Shown here in pieces: positions 56,916 through 64,000 of a DNA stretch of 64,000 bases; the stretch's first letter is position 1, and every line of letters begins with the position of its first letter. Source of the stretch: Candidatus Ozemobacteraceae bacterium (GTDB lineage Bacteria > Muiribacteriota > Ozemobacteria > Ozemobacterales > Ozemobacteraceae). The stretch lies in contig OZ223236.1 of assembly GCA_965140445.1 (NCBI GenBank), positions 1,088,001-1,152,000 on the forward strand, given 5' to 3'. Below the pieces are notes generated by a model, which worked only from the letters and a program-made list of their open reading frames with translations, was not told where the DNA came from and searched no databases. A program made the translations under genes and the position numbers.

Positions 56916-58296
56916 CGACAATGAATCCCTTGCCAGAGGGCTGAATATTTTTTTGAAAGATGAGGGGCATTTGCCAGAGCTTGCATTTTCAGTGGCTGAA
57001 GGAAAGCGGAAAATTGATGAGTTTGAATTTGATCTTGTTATTACGGACCTGAAATTGCCTGACGGAGATGGAATTGAGATAGTAAAAAAAACTCGGGATT
57101 TACTAATAACGCCACTTCCAGATGTTATATTAATGACGGCTTTTGGTTCTATTGAAACGGCGGTAGATGCAATTAAACTTGGCGCTACAGATTACCTTAC
57201 AAAGCCTGTTTCCATGGAAGAGTTTGCTTTCAGAATCAATCGAATTGACGAATTTAGGAGCATGGAAAGTAGAAACCTTTCACTATTAAGAGTCAGAGAA
57301 AGCTTACTTGAGGAGTCTGGTCTTGATGATTCCCTGGGAAAAATTTCTGGTGAATCTAATGCAATCAATGAAGTTAAAGACATTATTAAGAAAGTAGCAG
57401 GTTTTCCTTCAACCGTTTTAATCTCTGGCGAGACAGGTTCTGGGAAAGAAATGGTTGCAAAGGCTTTACACACGCTTTCTCCATGGAAGGATGGGCCCTT
57501 TGTTAGAGTGAATTGTGCATCAATACCCTCAACCTTATTTGAATCAGAGTTATTTGGACACGAAAAAGGCTCTTTCACTGATGCAAAAAGCCAAAGAATT
57601 GGAAGATTTGAAGCTGCTGAGGGAGGTACCTTATTTTTGGACGAAGTAGGTGAAATTCCTCTGGAGGTTCAGGCTAAAATGCTCAGGGCACTCCAGGAAA
57701 AAGAGATTAACAGAGTTGGAAGCTCAACTCCAATAAAGGTTAAAGCCAGAATTGTTACTGCTACAAATCGAGACCTGGAAAAAATGGTGTCAGATGGAAT
57801 GTTTAGAGAAGATCTGCTGTACAGACTTTCGGTGGTAAAGATAAATATTCCTGCTTTGCGGGAACGAAAAACAGATATTCCTATCTTATGCAGCCATTTA
57901 TTGAAAAGTCTTGGCTCTGAATTAGGGAAAGTTGGAGTTTCAATTTCAAGAAAGGCAATGCAAGGGCTCATTGCTCAGGATTGGCCAGGAAATATTAGAC
58001 AATTAAAAAACCTTTTGGAAAGGGCTATGGTCCTTTCTACAGGAGAAATTTTGGAAATGGAAGATTTTGAATTTAGATCTTCCAATAATATGATTATTAA
58101 TGATCCTTCTGAGAACTCAGTTATAAATCTTTCTGAGGGATTAATTGAATCACTTGAGAGAATAGAGAAAGAAATGATCTTGTCTGCATTATCTCAGTCT
58201 GGTGGAGTTAAAAGCAAAGCTGCAGAAATTTTGAAAATACCCAGAACACAGCTTCTTTATAGACTCAAGCGTCTTGGTTTGGAAGAAGAGAAATAA
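56896..58296 (+). CDS. NtrC-family sigma54-dependent response regulator
   Basis: REC (ILIVDD, TDLKLP), GETGSGKE, ESELFGHEKGSFTDA, LDEVGE, WPGNIRQL, Fis-type HTH. Confidence 0.96.
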   Translation: MKILIVDDNESLARGLNIFLKDEGHLPELAFSVAEGKRKIDEFEFDLVITDLKLPDGDGIEIVKKTRDLLITPLPDVILMTAFGSIETAVDAIKLGATDYLTKPVSMEEFAFRINRIDEFRSMESRNLSLLRVRESLLEESGLDDSLGKISGESNAINEVKDIIKKVAGFPSTVLISGETGSGKEMVAKALHTLSPWKDGPFVRVNCASIPSTLFESELFGHEKGSFTDAKSQRIGRFEAAEGGTLFLDEVGEIPLEVQAKMLRALQEKEINRVGSSTPIKVKARIVTATNRDLEKMVSDGMFREDLLYRLSVVKINIPALRERKTDIPILCSHLLKSLGSELGKVGVSISRKAMQGLIAQDWPGNIRQLKNLLERAMVLSTGEILEMEDFEFRSSNNMIINDPSENSVINLSEGLIESLERIEKEMILSALSQSGGVKSKAAEILKIPRTQLLYRLKRLGLEEEK

Positions 58297-58330
58297 AAAA
58301 AAGCGATCGACAAGCGATCGCTTTTTTTTT
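58295..58330. terminator. bidirectional intrinsic terminator
   Basis: A8-GCGATCG-acaag-CGATCGC-T9 between convergent genes. Confidence 0.92.
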
Positions 58331-58340
58331 GTTTTTGATT

Positions 58341-58937
58341 CTATAAAGACATAATTTTTTGATAGTTTGCTTCGATTTTTTTCATCGCTTCGGCTGATAG
58401 CTTTTCAACCTCTGCTTTTACTTCTCGTTTCATATTTTCATAAGCTTCTTTGACTCTTTCCTGATCAGCCGTATCAAGTTTCTGTATTCTTGCCATTAAC
58501 TTTTCTTCTTTTTTTTGCGAATTTTCTATCATTTTCTGTTTTCTGTTAGCGATGTTGGTTTTAAATTTGTTGTATCTTTCGGTTGCTTTGGCTTTTCTTT
58601 CAGCTATTTTTTCTTGTCTCTTTGCGGCTATCTCTGCAGATTTTTCCTGAGCTTTTTCGTTTTCAACATTGGCATTGGAGTTTTGCACTCTCTCTGAAAT
58701 TTTGGAAATTCTCTCATCTGATTTTGCTAACTTCTGATTTAGTTTTTCAAATCTAGTCCGAATTTTTTCCAGAATTTTTGCTTTTCTAGCTTCCATTTTG
58801 CTTAGAAGATCTCCAACGCTAACTTGTTTTTTGCCTTTTTTTGCTTTTGTTTTTTCTTTTTCCTGCTCTGCATAGGTTGCTGAAAGCGCGCTAAGAAGAA
58901 ATACGATCGCCATAACTATCAGTGAATATTTTTTCAT
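58341..58937 (-). CDS. secreted Lys/Glu-rich coiled-coil protein
   Basis: Signal peptide MKKYSLIVMAIVFLLSALSATYA, GGAGGG SD, all-helical charged mature region. Confidence 0.85.
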   Translation of the reverse strand: MKKYSLIVMAIVFLLSALSATYAEQEKEKTKAKKGKKQVSVGDLLSKMEARKAKILEKIRTRFEKLNQKLAKSDERISKISERVQNSNANVENEKAQEKSAEIAAKRQEKIAERKAKATERYNKFKTNIANRKQKMIENSQKKEEKLMARIQKLDTADQERVKEAYENMKREVKAEVEKLSAEAMKKIEANYQKIMSL

Positions 58938-58975
58938 TTGGGAACCCTCCAGTTAAATTATAGATATTTATTACT

Positions 58976-58993
58976 TTGCAAGCCCTGTGCCAA
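58976..58993 (-). promoter_or_regulatory. sigma54 -24/-12 promoter
   Basis: Minus strand reads TTGGCACAGGGCTTGCAA = TGGCAC-N5-TTGC (GG-N10-GC), 38 nt upstream of the ATG. Confidence 0.9.
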
Positions 58994-59056
58994 AATTGCC
59001 AACCCAACTGTAATAAGCTCTATAAAAGAAAAGTATTAGATTCATTACAATTTCTC

Positions 59057-59135
59057 TGTCAAAATATTGACGCAATCACTAATGAATTTACTGTCAAAAA
59101 TTTGACGTTCAACATTTTTTGTCAAACTTTTGACA
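59057..59135. promoter_or_regulatory. three palindromic enhancer (UAS) sites TGTCAA-N4-TTGAC(A/G)
   Basis: TGTCAAAATATTGACG (59057), TGTCAAAAATTTGACG (59092), TGTCAAACTTTTGACA (59120). Confidence 0.85.
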
Positions 59136-59237
59136 ATCAAAATTAATTTCAGCAAATCAATTTGCCGATAGTTTTACTGGAAAACCATTTGAATTGGGAA
59201 AATAGTCATTAAAAAGAGCCTGAGACAATTTATTTTA

Positions 59238-60758
59238 TTGCTCATCATCGGCCAGATTTTTCTGGTTGGTGCAATAATTCAATCCGATAAGGTTCATTTT
59301 TCAGATGTTCCAGCCATAGAAGATGCAGAGATTCAGTATGACATGGATCTTCCAGAAGGTCTTGGAGATGAAATGTCTGAAAACGATTCAGATGTAGAAG
59401 ATTGTAAAGACTGCAGCCTGGATGAAGTCGCAATTAATCGGTTGATCTTTAGGGAAGAGAAGCCATTTGAGGTTTTGGATCTGGAACTTGGGCGTAAGGT
59501 TAAGATTTTCAAGAAAAACCAGGGCGGAAAACTGCTTAGGTTAAGGATAATGCCTACTATCGAAGCTATTAACTCCCAGGATATGCAGAAGATTAATTCT
59601 AAATTTTCCAAGTTTTCGGTCCATAGAACTGATAAATACACAGAATTTGTTATTTCTGCCCATGGTAGAGTTGGGAATCCATATGTTGCAACTTCATCAG
59701 AAGGCCTGTTTCGTTTAAGTATTCCATTTCAATTAGAAGACAAAAGTTTTATTCTTCCTGTTACTAAGAGAGTTGCAGAAGGAGTTACTTTTCACAAAGA
59801 TAGAGTTCCGATAGGAAAAAGATTCTCAGATGTTTTTGTGCTTAGAGTTCAACCATTTGCTGAATCTATAAAAGTTATTCCTGTTTTAGCCAACGAAGGT
59901 ATTGCACAAAAAGAAGTTCTTTCTTCAATGGCCAAAAGGTATAATGCAATTGCTGCAATAAATGGTGCTTATTTCACTTCCAGAGGAGACCCTATAGGAA
60001 CCCTGATTATAAACAGGCATCTTATAAGTTCTCCACTTTACAAGCGTTCGGTTTTTGGTGTTACTGAAAAATCTGAAGTAGTTTTTGGTAATCCTGACTT
60101 TTCAGGGCGATTAATTTCATCAAAACTAAATATGAAAATTGACGCTGTAAATCAGCCTAGAAGAGGTAATCAAGTCGTTGTCTATACTCCAGAATATTCG
60201 AGAAGCACTCTTACAACCGAACCCGGAGTAGAACTCGTTCTGGTCAAAGGAAAAGTGGTTGGGATACACGCTAGAGACACATTAATTCCCCCTGATGGAG
60301 TTGTTGTTTCAGCGGGTGGTGAAAGTTCTACTAAATTAGCAGGCATTCGGCTTGGAGAAAAAGTAGAATTAGATTATTCTATCGATAAGCCATGGGATTT
60401 AATTAAACATGCTGTTTGTGGTGGCCCAAGGTTGCTTTCTGATGGAAAAATAGATATAAACGGTGATGAAGAAAAATTCAGCAGCTCAATTGTGTACGGA
60501 AGACATCCTAGAACCGCTATAGCATTGACCTTTGATGGAGATTTACTATTGGTCGTTGTTGATGGCAGATCAAAGAGAAATTCAGGAATGAAGCTAAAAG
60601 AACTTGCAACCTACTTAAAGCGTTTGGGGGCAAGACATGCTATTAATCTGGATGGTGGAGGGTCTACTTCAATGATTGTTAATGGTAAAACTATAAATAA
60701 GCCTTCAGATGGAAGGGAGCGTAGAATTTCTAACGGAATTCTCATAACCGGGAAATAA
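59238..60758 (+). CDS. phosphodiester glycosidase (NAGPA/DUF2233) family protein
   Basis: AAINGAYF, GGPRLL, HPRTA, VDGR, NLDGGGST. Possible ATT start at 59208. Confidence 0.9.
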   Translation: MLIIGQIFLVGAIIQSDKVHFSDVPAIEDAEIQYDMDLPEGLGDEMSENDSDVEDCKDCSLDEVAINRLIFREEKPFEVLDLELGRKVKIFKKNQGGKLLRLRIMPTIEAINSQDMQKINSKFSKFSVHRTDKYTEFVISAHGRVGNPYVATSSEGLFRLSIPFQLEDKSFILPVTKRVAEGVTFHKDRVPIGKRFSDVFVLRVQPFAESIKVIPVLANEGIAQKEVLSSMAKRYNAIAAINGAYFTSRGDPIGTLIINRHLISSPLYKRSVFGVTEKSEVVFGNPDFSGRLISSKLNMKIDAVNQPRRGNQVVVYTPEYSRSTLTTEPGVELVLVKGKVVGIHARDTLIPPDGVVVSAGGESSTKLAGIRLGEKVELDYSIDKPWDLIKHAVCGGPRLLSDGKIDINGDEEKFSSSIVYGRHPRTAIALTFDGDLLLVVVDGRSKRNSGMKLKELATYLKRLGARHAINLDGGGSTSMIVNGKTINKPSDGRERRISNGILITGK

Positions 60759-60759
60759 A

Positions 60760-62598
60760 ATGAAAACTTTGATGAGGATAATTTCAATTCTAGGAATATT
60801 TACTTTTGCTACATCGGTAGCAATAGCTGGAACAACCCAGTTTATGCCACTTAAAGATGTAAAAGTCGGAATGAAAGGCAAAGGGAAAACGGTTGTTGCT
60901 GGGCAAAAGATAGAGGAATTTGATGTAGAAATTCTTGGAATTCTTGCTAACAATAAAATCAATGAAAACCTTTTAATAACAGGTAAATCAATCCTGGTGA
61001 AGGTTGGTGGGGATGTTATCAAAAGAGCAGGTGGAATTGCTGCTGGAATGAGCGGAAGTCCTGTTTATATTGATGGAAAACTCATTGGGGGAATTAGTTC
61101 CGGATGGGTTATGACTGATCACACTGTTGGATTAATTACACCAATTGATGAAATGCTTGCCATTTGGGATTATCCGGAACTTGCTGAAGTGAAGCAAAAA
61201 CACACCCCTCTTAGATGGGATCTGGAAAAGCCAGTTAAGGTTGGTAGTCGATTAATTGAAAAGGTTCTTGAATATTCTTCTGTTGAGACAGCCTGTGCTG
61301 CAAATGTGGACAGTAGAACCCTTTGTTTTGCCAATGTTGGAGGCCCAATTTTTGTTGATGGCTTAAATGCGCGTGCAATTGGTGTTTTAGAAAGAAAGTT
61401 TGGAAAGAATAGAATTAGAGCAATTAGAAAATCAATCCCCGGAGTTACTTTGATATCTGAACAGCCAAAGTTTGCAGATTTTACTGCAAGTGGAACTATT
61501 GAGCCTGGCTCTGCGATAGGAATTCAGTTGGCAAGGGGAGATATCAATCTTTCTACCCTGGGAACACTCACCCATAAAGATGGCAAAAAGGTTCTTGCCC
61601 TTTCTCACTCCTTTTTGAAAAAAGGCAGAGTCTCATTCCTCATGACCGGAGCGCGAATTTACCATTCATTTTCAAGTGTTGAAATGCCCTTTAAAATTGG
61701 AGCACCGACGGAAATGATTGGAACTGTTAACCAGGATAGAGAAAAGGGCGTAAGTGGGGAAATAGGCAAGCTGCCAGAAATGGTGCCTGTTCAGATTGAT
61801 GTTTTAGACAAGGATTTACAAAGAACAAAAAGTATTAACTATCAAATTGTTAGAGACCCTTCTGTTTTTATAACAGTTCTTGAATCGACTCTAATGCAGG
61901 CTCTGGAGTCTGTAATAGATAGAGAAGGCGCTGGAACTGCTCAGATGGGAATATCTATGGAATGCAGTAATAAAGAAGGTGAGAAATATAATTTCAGAAG
62001 AGAAAATATGTTTTTCTCAAAAACTGATATTTCCCACTCTCTAGTATCTGAGATTGTTTCAGTGATGGAAATGATCACAGAAAGTGAAATTGAAGAAGTT
62101 TTTCCAACCAGACTTTTGCTAAAGGTAGAAGTTGAAAAGCGTAGAAAAACTGTTTCAATTGAAAAAATTGAAGTGAAAAACAGTTCTATAACCAGCGGAG
62201 GAGTTCTTGACGTTGAAGTAACCTTAAGACCATTCCGCGAAAAAAGTTTTGTCAGGAAAGTAAAAATTCCAATTCCACAGGAAATTGGTAAGGAAAATTT
62301 AACTTTATCTGTTTACGGATTGAACATGAGAGCCGATGAAGCAGATATGTCAACTGATACCAGAGAAGGAAAACTTGCTAGAGACAGTAAGTCGGAAGAG
62401 CCTGCACCAGCAGATTTTGACTCGGCAATCAGAAGTTGGGCTAATAATCCCAAAAACTCAGATTTATTATTTCAACTTACGGTAGATGGCGATGAGATGA
62501 AGAAAGTTAAGCTTAATGGTAAAGATTTTGAAATTCAGCCGACGAACCTTGTTGTTACAGGCCGAGTTGATACGACTCTTACTCTCAGTGAGGAATAG
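60760..62598 (+). CDS. SpoIVB peptidase S55 domain protein
   Basis: Signal peptide, GMKGKGKTV, GIAAGMSGSPVYIDGKLIG, GTLT...ALSH, QDR..G. Confidence 0.88.
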   Translation: MKTLMRIISILGIFTFATSVAIAGTTQFMPLKDVKVGMKGKGKTVVAGQKIEEFDVEILGILANNKINENLLITGKSILVKVGGDVIKRAGGIAAGMSGSPVYIDGKLIGGISSGWVMTDHTVGLITPIDEMLAIWDYPELAEVKQKHTPLRWDLEKPVKVGSRLIEKVLEYSSVETACAANVDSRTLCFANVGGPIFVDGLNARAIGVLERKFGKNRIRAIRKSIPGVTLISEQPKFADFTASGTIEPGSAIGIQLARGDINLSTLGTLTHKDGKKVLALSHSFLKKGRVSFLMTGARIYHSFSSVEMPFKIGAPTEMIGTVNQDREKGVSGEIGKLPEMVPVQIDVLDKDLQRTKSINYQIVRDPSVFITVLESTLMQALESVIDREGAGTAQMGISMECSNKEGEKYNFRRENMFFSKTDISHSLVSEIVSVMEMITESEIEEVFPTRLLLKVEVEKRRKTVSIEKIEVKNSSITSGGVLDVEVTLRPFREKSFVRKVKIPIPQEIGKENLTLSVYGLNMRADEADMSTDTREGKLARDSKSEEPAPADFDSAIRSWANNPKNSDLLFQLTVDGDEMKKVKLNGKDFEIQPTNLVVTGRVDTTLTLSEE

Positions 62599-62604
62599 TA
62601 ATTA

Positions 62605-63396
62605 ATGATAATCAAAGAAATGGCAACTGGCTGGATAAAGGCACTTGGTAGTACGGCCATTCTGTTCATGCAGACCATATATTGGACTATTAAAAACATT
62701 AAGGATGGTAAATTTTCTACCAAAAATCTTATTGATCAAATGTCTAGAATCGGTGTTGATTCTCTTTCAATGGTTGCTATTACAGGATTTTCAACTGGGG
62801 CTGTTCTGGTTGTTCAAATCGGATCTCAGTTTGCTCAAATGGGAGCCCAAAGATATGTTGGAGGAGTTGTGAGTCTGGCTATGGCAAGAGAACTTGCTCC
62901 TATTCTTACTTCTATTGTTGTAGCGGGGCGCGTAGGAAGTGCCATTGCCGCAGAAATAGGCACTATGAAAATTACAGAGCAGATTGATGCTCTTGAAACT
63001 ATGGCTACTAACCCGGTAGATTACCTCGTTGTACCTAGATTCTGGGGCTGCACGATAATGCTTTTCCTTTTAACCATTTTTACCAATGTAATCGGAATGA
63101 TTGGCGGTTCATTGGTTGCGATCCATCAGATCGGTCTGACTCTAATTGCCTTTAAAGAATCGATTCTTCAAATGCTTTTAATTCAGGATCTGATGGGCGG
63201 ATTGTTTAAAGCATGCATTTTTGGTGCAGTAATAGCAATTATCGGCTGCTATAAGGGCTTTACAACAGAAGGCGGCGCAGAAGGGGTTGGAGAAAGCACA
63301 ACCAGCGCGGTTGTTGTTTCCATTATGATGATATTGGCAATTAATTACTTCCTGACCGTAGGTATAAACAACTTTAACATGGCATACATGCAATGA
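62605..63396 (+). CDS. mlaE: MlaE family ABC permease
   Basis: IGVDSL, RELAP, GRVGSAIAAEIGTMKITEQIDAL, GGAEGVGESTT. Confidence 0.95.
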   Translation: MIIKEMATGWIKALGSTAILFMQTIYWTIKNIKDGKFSTKNLIDQMSRIGVDSLSMVAITGFSTGAVLVVQIGSQFAQMGAQRYVGGVVSLAMARELAPILTSIVVAGRVGSAIAAEIGTMKITEQIDALETMATNPVDYLVVPRFWGCTIMLFLLTIFTNVIGMIGGSLVAIHQIGLTLIAFKESILQMLLIQDLMGGLFKACIFGAVIAIIGCYKGFTTEGGAEGVGESTTSAVVVSIMMILAINYFLTVGINNFNMAYMQ

Positions 63397-64000
63397 TTAT
63401 TATTTCAAATTTACACAAAAGTTTTGGACCCAAAAAGGTTTTAAAAGGAATTAACCTTAAAATTTATGATGGGGAATCTCTAGTTATTCTTGGCCCCTCA
63501 GGTTGTGGGAAAAGTGTTTTGCTTAAAAACATTATCGGGCTTATGAAACCTGACAGTGGTCAGGTTATTATTGACGGTGAGGACATTACCAGATTCAGTC
63601 AAAATAGACTGGACGCACTTAGAATGAGAATGGGCATGTTGTTTCAATCAGCCGCTCTTTTTGATTCTTTAAATGTTGAAGAAAATATTGCTTTTGGGCT
63701 TAGGCGTCATACGACTCTGTCAGACCTGGCAATTCATCATATTGTTTCAGAAAAACTTGAACTGGTTGGATTACCTGGAACCAACTATCTTATGCCATCA
63801 GAGTTGTCTGGCGGTATGAGAAAGAGGGTGGGCCTGGCCAGAGCTATTGCAATGGAGCCGGAAATGATTCTTTACGATGAACCAACTACTGGACTTGATC
63901 CAATTATGACCTCAGCTATTGATGAGTTGCATCTAAGTTTGAAAAAAAGGCTAGGGGTTACTTCAATTGTTGTTACTCACGATCTGAAATCAGCTTACCG
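63393..64000 (+). CDS. mlaF: MlaF family ABC ATPase (3' end outside window)
   Basis: Manual translation MIIISNLHKSFG...GPSGCGKS...FQSAALFDS...PSELSGGMRKRVGLARA...YDEPTTGLDP; ATGA overlap with mlaE. Confidence 0.93.
   Translation, partial: MIIISNLHKSFGPKKVLKGINLKIYDGESLVILGPSGCGKSVLLKNIIGLMKPDSGQVIIDGEDITRFSQNRLDALRMRMGMLFQSAALFDSLNVEENIAFGLRRHTTLSDLAIHHIVSEKLELVGLPGTNYLMPSELSGGMRKRVGLARAIAMEPEMILYDEPTTGLDPIMTSAIDELHLSLKKRLGVTSIVVTHDLKSAY

Noticed and set aside
60760..62598. Evidence of sporulation (SpoIVB; also SpsF/SpsG-like genes at 29-31 kb)
   Set aside because: These families are widespread in non-sporulating diderms, and context points to envelope and flagellin-glycan roles.

Overview
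Ordinary chromosomal DNA (roughly 38% GC by eye) from a flagellated, diderm bacterium (LptF/G and MlaEF present). The taxon cannot be fixed from the sequence alone. About 1-35 kb is a flagellar filament and flagellin-glycosylation region: the end of one flagellin, a second large flagellin, flaG, a 991-aa fliD, maf, fliS, yjfB-like, DUF4910, a cytidylyltransferase-like/radical-SAM/SPASM protein, an FkbH-ACP-MaoC-AAC(3)-methyltransferase acyl cassette, ugd/galE, a complete pseudaminic-acid (pseBCFGIH-like) pathway and a second maf. The rest holds hutH/hutI, aroF, mgtE, PfpI, AraC, methionine gamma-lyase, a Fe/B12-type ABC transporter, a sigma54 two-component module and a NAGPA-SpoIVB-mlaEF operon. 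Main observations: (i) a second copy of the flagellin CsrA-type twin-hairpin leader drives an unannotated 78-aa ORF ahead of flaG-fliD; (ii) a secreted protein with 44 Cys in modular metallothionein-like repeats; (iii) a sigma54 promoter with three palindromic enhancer sites driving a secreted coiled-coil protein beside its likely HK/NtrC pair; (iv) an ACP-dependent glyceroyl-type acylation cassette that probably tailors flagellin pseudaminic acid. No rRNA, tRNA, CRISPR array or mobile element was seen. All family calls come from motif recognition, not database searches.
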